Shown: positions 50,101 through 59,105, numbered from the stretch's first letter. The stretch is DNA of 64,000 nt from an uncultured Nitrospiraceae bacterium (GCA_963705105.1 CAVPIW010000005.1:64001-128000); one strand, 5' to 3'. Notes: generated by a model not told the origin, from the letters alone. Made by a program: numbers and translations.

Positions 50101-51383
50101 TCCCTCAGGGAGATATACTTCGAGTCCTGGCCGCCGATTTCAAATATCGTATCCACCGACGGATCGATGAAGATCGCCGCCGTCGCCTGGGCTGTGATCT
50201 CGTTCTTCACGACATCGGCGCCGACATAATCGGCGATCATGTACCGTCCCGATCCCGTCGTCCCCACGCCGGCAATCTCGATGCTGTCGCCCAGCTCTTC
50301 GGCAATCTCCCTCAACCCCTGCTTGACCGCTTCGATCGGCCTGCCCGCCGTCATGAGGTAGCGCTTCGCAAGGAGCGTTCCCTCTTCGTCCATGACGGCG
50401 AGGTTCGTGCTGATGGACCCGATATCGATGCCGAGGTAGGCCCTCTTGCCGCCCTTTTTACCGTCGTCCTCATAGCGCCTTTGCCCGTCAGGCCGTCTGT
50501 GCCTGTCGAAGAAGTCGTCATCCTCCTCAAGGAGCGGTTGCTGGCCTGCCTCTTCGAACCGTAACGACACGATGTAGGATTCGATCGCACCTGTATTGAG
50601 GGCAGTTCTCCGTCCCTCGTCGAGATCCTTCAGGGCAGCCCCGATGGCGCCCATGAGCGCGAAATCAGGAGGTACAAAAAGCTCCTCCAGATCGAAGACC
50701 TCCCTGAAGGCCCTGACCATACCGGCGTTTGCAGCGACGCCTCCCTGGAATGCCACGGGAGGTACGAGGTCCGTCCCCTTCGCGATGGTCCCCTTGAAGT
50801 TCCTTGCAACGGCGAAACAGAGCCCGCCGACGATGTCCTCGACAGGTGTCGCGATCTGTTGCAGATGGATCATATCCGATTTTGCGAAGACGCTGCAGCG
50901 CCCCGCTATCTTCGAGGGCCTCACGGACCGGACCGCCATTGCGCTGAACTCCTCGATGGTCAGTCTCAATCTCTCCGCCTGCTGCTCAAGGAAAGACCCC
51001 GTCCCGGCGGCGCAGACGGAATTCATAGCGAAGTCCTTGATCCTGCCGTCATCGAGAATAATGAGTTTGGAGTCTTCCCCGCCCAGTTCTATGAGGGTGC
51101 GTATGGCAGGATAAAGCCTTTTGACGGCATAGGCCTGTGAGACGATCTCATTGACCGGCTTGATGTCCAGGGCCGATGCGATGACCTTGCCGTTGGAACC
51201 GGTTACGGAGAGAGAACTGCCGGGATAGCGGCGTTCTATTTCCTTTAGCAATTCCAGGGCCACCGGTATCGGATGGCCATAGTGCCGTATATAATGACCC
51301 TCGATTTTTTTCCCGCATTCATCGAGGACAACAACTTTTATCGTCATGGAACCCGCGTCAAGGCCAACGGAGTACATCGTCAC
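47148..51383 (-). CDS. CoA-substrate enzyme activase (two BadF/BcrAD ATPase domains plus a DUF2229-like region)
   Basis: Two CAAGTGSFLE motifs, GGEDSK and GGQDSK, CFPVKVAHGH, F.CGPDS and PFGCMP. Confidence 0.9.
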   Translation of the reverse strand: MTMYSVGLDAGSMTIKVVVLDECGKKIEGHYIRHYGHPIPVALELLKEIERRYPGSSLSVTGSNGKVIASALDIKPVNEIVSQAYAVKRLYPAIRTLIELGGEDSKLIILDDGRIKDFAMNSVCAAGTGSFLEQQAERLRLTIEEFSAMAVRSVRPSKIAGRCSVFAKSDMIHLQQIATPVEDIVGGLCFAVARNFKGTIAKGTDLVPPVAFQGGVAANAGMVRAFREVFDLEELFVPPDFALMGAIGAALKDLDEGRRTALNTGAIESYIVSLRFEEAGQQPLLEEDDDFFDRHRRPDGQRRYEDDGKKGGKRAYLGIDIGSISTNLAVMDEEGTLLAKRYLMTAGRPIEAVKQGLREIAEELGDSIEIAGVGTTGSGRYMIADYVGADVVKNEITAQATAAIFIDPSVDTIFEIGGQDSKYISLRDGIIVDFEMNKACAAGTGSFLEEQAEKLQISVKGEFADLAFSSRKPCRLGERCTVFMENSLMANLQRGADKRDLLAGLAYSIVQNYINRVVAGKPVGNRIFFQGGVAFNKAVVAAFEKYLGTHITVPPNHDVTGAIGMAIIAREVMSGQTGRLTTFKGFDLSERSHEISSFECKGCPNVCEINRVKVEGDDGFLFYGGRCEKYDIRKAQQSDLPDLFSFREEMLWKRHLADQKARTEGAAKPLGVIGVPYIFFMHDFLPFWSAFLSDLGFEVVVSPRTNKQIVNLGLENVLSEACFPVKVAHGHIQYLKDRGITRLFIPSFININQNGDEYPRGVACPYTQTIPYLSKIAINGLDIISPVVDLSRGTAGLKRELKGSLHQFGVGMQAVERALAAAGAAQEEFRKAIREKGREILRTAGREGDEPVIVIIGRAYNAFDSGVNLEIPKKLSHIRVLSVPMDFLPLEEEKLEALWPGMYWRSGQRILKAARIVRANPNLYAIYIGNFSCGPDSFILKYFKEEMEGKPFLHIEIDEHSADAGAITRCEAFLDSINQQMRHGGRQKEDDDRDLRSVRLLKFSSSVNIYRTGSNWKRTIFIPKMTDHVHAVKAAFEHCGISAEILPETTKESVDLGRKYVSGKECYPYVITAGDMLTKALSDDFRPEESAFFMPSGSGPCRFGQYNISQRLILSKAGLDDIPIFAPNQDETFYRELGVLSRDFSKRSWQGVVACDLLLKCLHETRPYELGAGEADALYAEYLQRIEGSVRGKNGDIRMLLRCMREDFAALPRTPEKRPSVGIVGEIFVRSHAFANEQIVRQIEALGGEVKLAPLDEWIKYLNAVSLRKALIKRDRSAIINLFIKEIVQKRIEHKFGKPFKGFLETLEEPTIREIMAKASPYVPGTFEGETVLSIGKAIDLIEGGASGIINVMPFGCMPGTIVTAFMKALTRDFGVTCISIPYDGTESPTTRLQIEAFMEAVKMQHNGKDV

Positions 51384-51426
51384 CTCCCTGCTGCAAGATG
51401 AACCAAAACACTGGTAATTTCAGTCC

Positions 51427-51885
51427 TCAGCGATCCCTCCTCTGTGTAATCATGCCCGCGAGCCCTGCGATCACCTCATCAATGATCGGGACGGTCTCCC
51501 GGAACTTCCGGAAGATCTCCTCGTCGGAGAGATCAAGGTACTCATCGGCAAAGGAGCCGAGAAAGGCGAGATACTTCAGTTGACTATAGAGCGCAGGGGA
51601 GATCATGCTCTTCCTGTATGCGCTCTCGATAATGTCGTCATAGCTGTCCCCGATGATGTCGAGTCGGGTGGCAAGGACGTGATCGAGACAATCGAGGATG
51701 TTCCTGCTGATGAGGAGAAACATCCTTTCGATGGAGTGCTTCAGGCCCTTGTCCGCCCGGAACTGCTCATAGGTGATGCCGGCAATGCCTTTCAACTCAT
51801 CCCGGTACCCGCTCAGCTTGTCGAGTTTCTTCTTAAGGTCCTCTGTCCGGCCTGCCATAAGCGTCACGATCATCGATATCTTCAA
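51427..51885 (-). CDS. DUF86/HepT-like HEPN protein with a degenerate active site
   Basis: IERMF..ILDCLDHV..SYDDII..ADEYLDL fold pattern; the RxxxxH motif is replaced. Confidence 0.65.
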   Translation of the reverse strand: MKISMIVTLMAGRTEDLKKKLDKLSGYRDELKGIAGITYEQFRADKGLKHSIERMFLLISRNILDCLDHVLATRLDIIGDSYDDIIESAYRKSMISPALYSQLKYLAFLGSFADEYLDLSDEEIFRKFRETVPIIDEVIAGLAGMITQRRDR

Positions 51886-52071
51886 TTTAAAAAATTACAT
51901 TTCAGTTTATTATGTTCGCAGGTGAATTATCAAGGACCAATAACATAGCGGAGAGCAGGTCATCAGTCGGCAGTCCGGAATCATGCACAAGGACAATAAT
52001 CGCAACTGCGCAGTTTGCAGGCACTATACGGCCCTGTCATTGCCACAGACGTTGACACTATCTTGTTCTTT

Positions 52072-52100
52072 CTTTGCGCTCTTTGCGACTTTGCGTGAGA
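52072..52100. repeat. Short CTTTGCG tandem motif
   Basis: CTTTGCGCT CTTTGCGA CTTTGCGTGAGA. Confidence 0.55.
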
Positions 52101-52127
52101 AAAATCCTGACAATCGGTGAGAGAGGC

Positions 52128-52171
52128 GCAAAAAAGAGAGCCCCTCTCACTGGCTCCTGTGAGAGGGGCTC
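52128..52171 (-). terminator. Terminator after the minor pilin operon
   Basis: GAGCCCCTCTCAC-loop-GTGAGAGGGGCTC followed by a T run on the minus strand. Confidence 0.8.
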
Positions 52172-52197
52172 CGGCGGGAGGAACCGGAAATATCTCT

Positions 52198-53538
52198 TTA
52201 GTAGGCCGTCATCTTCGTCGTCGTGACGAAGGCCTTCCTGTTGGCGTTGGAATTGCAATTCGGCTTCTTTGTGAACCCCATGTCATCGCTCAGGTTATTA
52301 AGAACCGTCGAATTGAAGTTGATGGCTGCGTTGCCCGAGTTCGCCGTGAGCGTCACGGCGTTGGGGTTGTTGTTGATGACCGATCCGGTCACGCTGAAGT
52401 TACCGTTGTTCACCGACGTGAGCAGGCCTTCGCTGAAGAGGAGCCCGTAGACCTCGACATTGCCGTTTCCGTCCTTCGTCAGGTTGCCGCCGCTGATCAT
52501 GAGGACGGGGTCGTCGGCGGTGCCGACGCCGGCATTGGAGTTTCCCTGGACTGTTAAACTGTTCTGCGCATAAAATACCCCTCCTGCCGTGTTGTCATGA
52601 GAGCCGAGATTGAAGGTAACATTCGCGGCAAAGACGTTCGTATGGTTAAGGCCGTCGTTTATTGACACGCCGGCGGCTGCAACTATGGACGTGTTTGCGA
52701 CGGCGTGGTTGATGCTGAGGCTCGACGATGAACCGATAAATACTTTCTGGCACCCGGCAAGGTTGATCGTGACGGCCGTCCCTCCGGTGCCGCAGACGAT
52801 CTGCGTCGCCGACGTGGTCGAACAGGTCTTGTTGCCGTTATATTGGCACCCCCCGGGGATACCCGTGTTCGAAAGGCCGGTCACGTCGACGCCATAGGCG
52901 CCCCCTATATCGCTCTTGAGGTCCGCGAAATTGTCGGAGTTGAAGAACTTCGGTACGAGGTCACCCAGTTCCGTATACTGGATCGCCGGGTCGCCGACGA
53001 TGCCCCTGTTGTTGTTCTTGCAGGTCGTGTCCGTCGTGTACTGACCGCTGATGGGTCCCCCGCTGACGACGGCCGGTCCCCGGCAATTGGCGTCACAGCT
53101 CGCGATGGAGGAGCTTCCGCCGATGACCAGGGTGCCGCCTTCCCTGAGCACCATCGCCCCCCAGTTCGAGGCGGCGATCGGCACGACCGTCGTCTTGACC
53201 ACCGTCGCCGGGTTCGTCGCCCCGAAGCTCCCGCGGCCGTAGACAAAGCAGTAGTTGCTCGTTGCGTCGGGTGTAGTGAAGAAGAACGACGTGGCGCCGT
53301 TCGCCAGCACGTTCGTCGCCGTAAGGTTGCAGACCTGCAGACTGATCACGTTTGCAACGCCGGCATTGACGGCCCGCTCGGCGGCGGAATTGGCGACCTG
53401 GTATTTGTTCTCGCTCGCCACCGTGCTGTACCCCAACTGGGACATCACCATTGCCGACCCCCCGATGGCAAGAAGGAGAAACGTGACGACAATGGCGGCG
53501 ACGGCTGCAAAGCCTCCCTGGTTGTTCATGCTCTTCAC
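52198..53538 (-). CDS. PilX-like minor pilin with a long C-terminal domain (set 1)
   Basis: NNQGG/FAAVAAIV without Glu5, AAERAVNAG, Gly/Asn/Thr-rich tail. Confidence 0.8.
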   Translation of the reverse strand: MKSMNNQGGFAAVAAIVVTFLLLAIGGSAMVMSQLGYSTVASENKYQVANSAAERAVNAGVANVISLQVCNLTATNVLANGATSFFFTTPDATSNYCFVYGRGSFGATNPATVVKTTVVPIAASNWGAMVLREGGTLVIGGSSSIASCDANCRGPAVVSGGPISGQYTTDTTCKNNNRGIVGDPAIQYTELGDLVPKFFNSDNFADLKSDIGGAYGVDVTGLSNTGIPGGCQYNGNKTCSTTSATQIVCGTGGTAVTINLAGCQKVFIGSSSSLSINHAVANTSIVAAAGVSINDGLNHTNVFAANVTFNLGSHDNTAGGVFYAQNSLTVQGNSNAGVGTADDPVLMISGGNLTKDGNGNVEVYGLLFSEGLLTSVNNGNFSVTGSVINNNPNAVTLTANSGNAAINFNSTVLNNLSDDMGFTKKPNCNSNANRKAFVTTTKMTAY

Positions 53539-54443
53539 CTCCCGAATATTCTGTCGACAGTATAGGTGTCATACTGGCCGCTCTGGTTCTTTGTCTGGCT
53601 CCTGAAGACTGTCCGTATCTGAACGGCGTCGCAATTCCCATTGGCCGGAACACACCCGGCCGGGAAGGTCTGGAGGACCTCGAACCTTTCGACAGGCGCT
53701 ATCGGCACGAGCTGATCGTTTGCGCCGCAGAGCGGTGACGTCTCATCGAGGTCGACATAGAGCCACCTCCTGTTGCTGTCCTGGGAATTATTGCTGCAGT
53801 AGAGCCTGATACTTTGGGGGACCCGTTGTATCATGTCGCCCGGGACGGCTGCGGGGACAATGACGGCACCGCTCTTCGGCGTGAGCACGGCATTGACCGT
53901 GGCGTTTGTAGGAGCACCGCTCGTCACTCCCAGGCAGTCGGTATTGTTCGGGGTGAGATCGGCGTTCAGCTCCAGGGGAATATAGTTGCCGGTGCCGGCA
54001 TCCAGGGTGTTCGTTACGTCGTTGTTCGTCCAGAGGTAATAGCAGTTCTGGGCCGGCGTGGAGGTGAGCCTGCAGCTCGTGACGCTCGCCGTACCGGCTG
54101 CGACGCTCCGGACGAAACCGGACCCCTGGATGTTGCCGAAAAAGGTCACGTCGTCACAGGGGTCACCGTCGACGATCGTGAGGATCTTCCGAGCTGTCGG
54201 GCAGCTCGTACAGGCCGGTTTCTCGGTCCGGGACATGACGCCCACACCCCAGCGGTCGAAATAGCGCGCGATGAGCTCGATCGACGGCGTCTTCGTCTCC
54301 ACGCTGTCGGAGATGCTCTTGACGTTCTGAAAGACCTGGTGCGAGTTGGAATAGACGACCTGGATCGCCCCTATGGCGACGACGGCCACGAGCACGGCGA
54401 TGAGGATCTCGATGAGTGTGAATCCCTTCTGGTTCATGTCCAT
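53535..54443 (-). CDS. PilW-like minor pilin (set 1)
   Basis: QKG/FTLIEIL prepilin site; 302 aa. Confidence 0.85.
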   Translation of the reverse strand: MDMNQKGFTLIEILIAVLVAVVAIGAIQVVYSNSHQVFQNVKSISDSVETKTPSIELIARYFDRWGVGVMSRTEKPACTSCPTARKILTIVDGDPCDDVTFFGNIQGSGFVRSVAAGTASVTSCRLTSTPAQNCYYLWTNNDVTNTLDAGTGNYIPLELNADLTPNNTDCLGVTSGAPTNATVNAVLTPKSGAVIVPAAVPGDMIQRVPQSIRLYCSNNSQDSNRRWLYVDLDETSPLCGANDQLVPIAPVERFEVLQTFPAGCVPANGNCDAVQIRTVFRSQTKNQSGQYDTYTVDRIFGR

Positions 54444-54460
54444 GGCCGCTCCTCAGTTGA
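54394..54460 (-). repeat. 67-bp direct repeat (pilV stop, RBS, pilW start), copy A
   Basis: 62/67 identical to 58235-58301. Confidence 0.9.
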
Positions 54461-54516
54461 TTACAGACGTGTTTTCCGTGCCGGACAGAATCGCGAGCCA
54501 CCGGCAATCACCGTTT

Positions 54517-56331
54517 CTAATAAGCCATCATCCCTGTTTGAATTGTCTGAGTTAACGGAGACATGTCATCCCGAATACAATCGACTTTTCTGAAAAACCA
54601 ATATCTGGTAGCTAATGTATCTATCAGGGACTTTCTGAATTCCAGATCGAAGTCACCTGAGATGTTAATGTTTAAAGAAAGATTAGTCGGGAAATTCCTG
54701 ATCAGGAACCCTCTAAAACGCTGGGTGACCCCTCCCGTCCACCTCAGGTATGTGACATCTTGTCCGACAAAAGCACCCCAGATGTAAGCAGTGGCTGATG
54801 GACTTGCAGTAAGTACTGTCGAATTGTTCGTCATAAAGATGGTGGGTCTTTCCGCATTATTAGCATCTCTGCCGATATTCAGAGCTATCCCGTTTCCGTA
54901 CCAGCCGCACCAAAGATTATTTGTGGTGCCACAGGCGTCCAGGGATGAGGTGCTTGTTGCTCTTGAACAAGTCGGACAGGCATAAGCATACACATAAACC
55001 AGACTGTCCCATATGTTGACCGTACTGTTATTAGCAAATCTCAGACTCCTGGCAAAGAGGTTCACATTTGTTACTGTAATAGTGCCCTGCGTTATAAAGT
55101 TTAAAGGTGTATTGACATTGTCCGTATCGTTTATATTGGCCGGGCCTATTATTACGGTTCCATTCGTGAGCGAAGCATTGGCGCTTGCCGTAACCGTATT
55201 CCTGGTGACACTTCTGAAATCCTGTATCGTTCCTCCAAAAGTCGTTGCACCGGTGTTGTGCAGCTTAAAATTGGAAGACGTATTGACGGTCGTTGTGTTC
55301 GTATTGTAAAGCTCAAAATCGGAACAATCGTTTGCTGTGTTGTTCGTGCTATTGACGGTTGTCTGCCTTGTTGTGTACAAGATAAAGTTGGATGCATTAT
55401 TGATTGTCAGTGCACTATTGACGGCCTGAGCGTATATTCTCCCTTTGTTTCCTGCCCTTGTTCCGTTTCCTGTCACTGTTACGTTTATTCCCGTGATGAT
55501 TATTTCATTGCAGGTGGTTAATTGAGTGGATAGATTCAGTGTCCCGTTGTTCGTACTGTAAGTGCACGCGGGAATATTGGGAACCGCCGGCAGATTCGGA
55601 ATACTTATCCTGGGGATGCCCCAGGTGTTGTCAAAATTCAAATCCTGGTTGCCGTTGTCAGAGCCGTATATGTTCTCAAATACCTGAAGTAGCCCCTGAC
55701 CGCAGCTTGGGTCAGCAGTTTGGTTAAAGCAGTCAACATTGAAGAACAGCGGAATGAGATCGTCAAACACCACTCCCGGGAAAAGAGCCGGATTGCCGTA
55801 CAGACCGCTGCCTGAGGCATCCTGAGCGCATGTCCGCTGGGAGAGTGTCGTCGTTATGGTTCCGGATGCAATGAATGCCGGCACATAACACGTGGGCGTT
55901 ACCGTTCTATCACATCCGGAAAGTCTTACATCACTTCCGTTTATGTTGGCATTGACGTTTCCTCTCACCGTGTAGAGTCCTAACCCATAAAAAGACTGTA
56001 CTATGCCGGTTTTAACGATCTTTGCGTTGCTTGAAGTGCCTTCAGATTTTACAAAGCAAATCCTTCCGCTTCTTTTTACGGTGACATCATTTGTCGCTCT
56101 CACAAGGTTGCCCTGAAAACTTTGGTTAGAGCAAAAACCTAAAGAGTTTATTTGATCGACTGCCCTTAACAGCCCGGCATTAGCGGCCTTTTCCGCGAGA
56201 TTAAGCTTCTCGTCCGCTGCCGTAGTCAGCAAACTGTTGTTGACAATATACAATCCAATTGAACCGAGAATGGATAGCACCACTAACATCAACAAGGCAG
56301 TAAAGAGAGCAAAACCTTTATTATTATTCAC
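54517..56331 (-). CDS. PilX-like minor pilin with a long C-terminal domain (set 2)
   Basis: NKG/FALFTALL without Glu5, AEKAANAG; 604 aa, Asn/Thr-rich. Confidence 0.8.
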   Translation of the reverse strand: MNNNKGFALFTALLMLVVLSILGSIGLYIVNNSLLTTAADEKLNLAEKAANAGLLRAVDQINSLGFCSNQSFQGNLVRATNDVTVKRSGRICFVKSEGTSSNAKIVKTGIVQSFYGLGLYTVRGNVNANINGSDVRLSGCDRTVTPTCYVPAFIASGTITTTLSQRTCAQDASGSGLYGNPALFPGVVFDDLIPLFFNVDCFNQTADPSCGQGLLQVFENIYGSDNGNQDLNFDNTWGIPRISIPNLPAVPNIPACTYSTNNGTLNLSTQLTTCNEIIITGINVTVTGNGTRAGNKGRIYAQAVNSALTINNASNFILYTTRQTTVNSTNNTANDCSDFELYNTNTTTVNTSSNFKLHNTGATTFGGTIQDFRSVTRNTVTASANASLTNGTVIIGPANINDTDNVNTPLNFITQGTITVTNVNLFARSLRFANNSTVNIWDSLVYVYAYACPTCSRATSTSSLDACGTTNNLWCGWYGNGIALNIGRDANNAERPTIFMTNNSTVLTASPSATAYIWGAFVGQDVTYLRWTGGVTQRFRGFLIRNFPTNLSLNINISGDFDLEFRKSLIDTLATRYWFFRKVDCIRDDMSPLTQTIQTGMMAY

Positions 56332-56337
56332 AGTCCG

Positions 56338-57258
56338 TTACCTCCCAAAGAATCGTTGAACCGTCATGGTGTTGTTGTCCGGTCCGCGGACGGCAGTCGT
56401 TACGCGGACCCCCTGCCCTTCATTACGTACTGTAAATGAATTTACGGGAACCAAAGGCGCCGGCGCCTCATCGGCATTGCAGTCATTTGAGGTATCAAAG
56501 GCTTCCATATAGAGCCAGAGCTGATTGTTATCGTTTGGATTATTCTGGCAGAAAAGCCTTACCCTATGCGGAACTCTCAGCAGCAGGTCTCCACCTTCCA
56601 AGTTCATATTCGTAACTTGATTGTTGCCTGCATCCAGCTCAAATCCGTTTAAGGCAGTGACCTGCCTGTTTATTGTGACATTAGAATTGCCCGCAACATT
56701 GATACAATCGAGATCATTTGAAGAGAGACCGTTTATTGCGAATATTAGAGCGTTGTTGTTGTCGCTGGCGTCCCTTCTGAAAGGCCCCCCTCTTTTTATG
56801 TGATAGCAGTTTCTATTTGCCGCTTGAGACAACCGGCAACTCATCGCAGCAACCGTTGTTTGACTCGCTATCCTGTCAATAAAGCCGTTGCCGTGAAGAC
56901 TTGCATAAAAAGTGACTTCATCACAGGGACTCTGCCCGACTATGGTTATGCATACGGAACTCGGAGGCGGATAAGCAAGCTGATTATTGACCCTACAGTC
57001 TATGACAGGAGTGCACTGATTGCTGCCCGTCGGATCGTTGCAGGGTGTCGATGTCCCCCATCTTTGAAAGAGCCACTCTAACTGAGCCATATTCAGTTTT
57101 GATAGTTCTTTTGTATCAGACACTTTATTTGTCGCCGCAAATGTTCTCTCACTCGCGGTGTGGAGGGATAATAGAGCACCAAGTATCATGCTCGCAACCA
57201 CTATGGCAATGACAACCTCGACTAAAGAAAAACCCTGATGGTTCGAAATCAGGCTCAT
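56338..57258 (-). CDS. PilW-like minor pilin (set 2)
   Basis: HQG/FSLVEVV; shares RWG, PCD.VTF and SCRL blocks and the FGR end with set 1; start uncertain. Confidence 0.85.
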   Translation of the reverse strand: MSLISNHQGFSLVEVVIAIVVASMILGALLSLHTASERTFAATNKVSDTKELSKLNMAQLEWLFQRWGTSTPCNDPTGSNQCTPVIDCRVNNQLAYPPPSSVCITIVGQSPCDEVTFYASLHGNGFIDRIASQTTVAAMSCRLSQAANRNCYHIKRGGPFRRDASDNNNALIFAINGLSSNDLDCINVAGNSNVTINRQVTALNGFELDAGNNQVTNMNLEGGDLLLRVPHRVRLFCQNNPNDNNQLWLYMEAFDTSNDCNADEAPAPLVPVNSFTVRNEGQGVRVTTAVRGPDNNTMTVQRFFGR

Positions 57259-57322
57259 TGATTTTCCCGTCCTAAATTTCTTCATGATTATGTATTTCAC
57301 CCTCCCTCCATATATGGTCCGT

Positions 57323-57694
57323 TCACTGTGGCAGAGTGCAGACAAGATCTCTTAAGACCTTGGTGTTTGCCCCAATTGACGCCGTCGATACTACTTCAAC
57401 ACAGGCGCTCTGACCGGATCCGGTCGCCGGCGCAGTAGAAGGCGGTGTTCCCGATATCGACACATTCACAGTAGAATTCCCGCATTGAATCTGCATGGAG
57501 CTGATATTGGGGTTTGCCCTTTTCGCCTCTATCCCTGATGAAGCACCTTCAACGAGACAAGACAGAAGCACATCCTTCGCGGTAAATCCGGCAAAGTTTG
57601 TCGTCATACCGGCTACCACTATGGCTATCATTGCTGTAATCAGAACGGCGATCAAAGCCTCTATCAACACAAAACCTTTGTTATTCTTAATCAC
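57323..57694 (-). CDS. PilV-like minor pilin (set 2)
   Basis: NKG/FVLIEAL; similar in size to the set-1 PilV-like gene. Confidence 0.8.
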   Translation of the reverse strand: MIKNNKGFVLIEALIAVLITAMIAIVVAGMTTNFAGFTAKDVLLSCLVEGASSGIEAKRANPNISSMQIQCGNSTVNVSISGTPPSTAPATGSGQSACVEVVSTASIGANTKVLRDLVCTLPQ

Positions 57695-58284
57695 GAGCAA
57701 CCTCCGGAAGCCATTTCTGTTCTTATAGTGCCGAATCTGCCGATTATCACCTTATGATGCATTGCACCATCTGTTGCACAGAGAGAGCCCTCAGATATCG
57801 TGAAGCCCCTGGGATCAAATGCAGAACCGCTTCCTTGCAAACTTACAAAGTTATCCTCTATTTCAAGACTTCTTAACAAAGTGCCGCTGCACATATTGCT
57901 TCTGTCGGCACCCATGTTCATTATCTTGAGACTGCTGCTTCCCTGTCTGCAAACCCCGACGTTCACACTTCTTTGCATTGCCGTCAGTTTTGCCGTTTTT
58001 ACCAGTGATTCCATAGAATAGGCATACTCTTTGAACTTATATATCTTGTAGAACTTTTCCATCGCAGGGACTGCGACGCCGGCAAGGATTGCCATGATTG
58101 CAACGACTATCAAAACCTCTACGAGTGAAAAGCCTCTATCTCTGTGCTCAGCAGTCCTGTATTGCTCAGACCTTCCGGCAGTCGCCTTTGTGTCAGCATG
58201 CTCATAGACCGGGATATTGTCGATATGTGAGCAGACCGCAATGAGGATCTCGACGAGTGTGAATCCCTTCTGGTTCATGTTCAT
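57691..58284 (-). CDS. FimT/FimU-like minor pilin (set 2) fused to a PilW N-terminal stub
   Basis: Two prepilin sites: QKG/FTLVEIL and DRG/FSLVEVL. Confidence 0.8.
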   Translation of the reverse strand: MNMNQKGFTLVEILIAVCSHIDNIPVYEHADTKATAGRSEQYRTAEHRDRGFSLVEVLIVVAIMAILAGVAVPAMEKFYKIYKFKEYAYSMESLVKTAKLTAMQRSVNVGVCRQGSSSLKIMNMGADRSNMCSGTLLRSLEIEDNFVSLQGSGSAFDPRGFTISEGSLCATDGAMHHKVIIGRFGTIRTEMASGGCS

Positions 58285-58301
58285 TGCCGCTCCTCAGTTG
58301 A
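58235..58301 (-). repeat. 67-bp direct repeat, copy B
   Basis: Matches 54394-54460. Confidence 0.9.
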
Positions 58302-58638
58302 AATTGCAGACATTGGTGTTTATCCTGGTGCTCTTGCCGCGGGCCGATGCAATGACCGAGATCTCGTTGCAGGTATCAAGAGCGGGCGTACAGCTCCCCG
58401 TGAGCCCAATGGCGACAGTCACGCCGCCCGATACGACACTTGCAGGCGGTGTCGTTTGCGCATGACACTGGTTCGCCGCGCTCATCGCCGCATCGGTCAG
58501 CGCATTGAGGAGATTTCTGTCGGCGCTCTGACTGGCGAAGGTGCCCTGCATCGCCGAGACCCCCAGCACCCCGACGGACAGGATGAGAAGAGCGATCATC
58601 ACCTCGATCAACGTCATTCCTTTATTGTTCCGCACCAT
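58294..58638 (-). CDS. PilV-like minor pilin (set 1)
   Basis: NKG/MTLIEVMIALLILSVGVLG. Confidence 0.85.
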   Translation of the reverse strand: MVRNNKGMTLIEVMIALLILSVGVLGVSAMQGTFASQSADRNLLNALTDAAMSAANQCHAQTTPPASVVSGGVTVAIGLTGSCTPALDTCNEISVIASARGKSTRINTNVCNFN

Positions 58639-59105
58639 CAGCAACCTCCCGGTCCTCTGTCGACACGTACGCCCGTCCTGCTGACGACGACCCGTGAGTG
58701 TTTGTTGTTATAGGTGATGCAGACATTGTTTCCCGCGCCCGGCAGGATCGCAAGCCCCCGTGGATCGAGTGTGACGCTCCCACCCGACATGCCGATGTGA
58801 GCTTCGGCTATCGTAACCCGCTTCAATTGTGTGCCCGTACATGCCCCTGCTCCGCGGTTCGTGCCGATGTCGTTGATGGCGACGGTCTTGCTCCCGGTGT
58901 TCACGCATACGCCGACGTTCCTCGTCTTTTCCATGGCGAAGATCTTGGCCTGCTTGACGGAATACTCGATATGAGAGGCATATTCGTCGAATTTGAATTC
59001 TCTGTAATAGGCATGGAGGTTGGGAATGGCCATGGAAGAGACGATGGCCATCAATGCGACACCGACAAGCAGCTCGATGAGTGAAAATCCTCTCTGGTCC
59101 TTCAT
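58638..59105 (-). CDS. FimT/FimU-like minor pilin (set 1)
   Basis: QRG/FSLIELL, AKIFAM and DPRG; start could be 59126. Confidence 0.85.
   Translation of the reverse strand: MKDQRGFSLIELLVGVALMAIVSSMAIPNLHAYYREFKFDEYASHIEYSVKQAKIFAMEKTRNVGVCVNTGSKTVAINDIGTNRGAGACTGTQLKRVTIAEAHIGMSGGSVTLDPRGLAILPGAGNNVCITYNNKHSRVVVSRTGVRVDRGPGGC

Noticed and set aside
52198..59105. Shufflon or diversity-generating retroelement acting on the pilins
   Set aside because: The repeats are direct rather than inverted, there is no nearby invertase or reverse transcriptase, and the mismatches are not confined to adenines on either strand.
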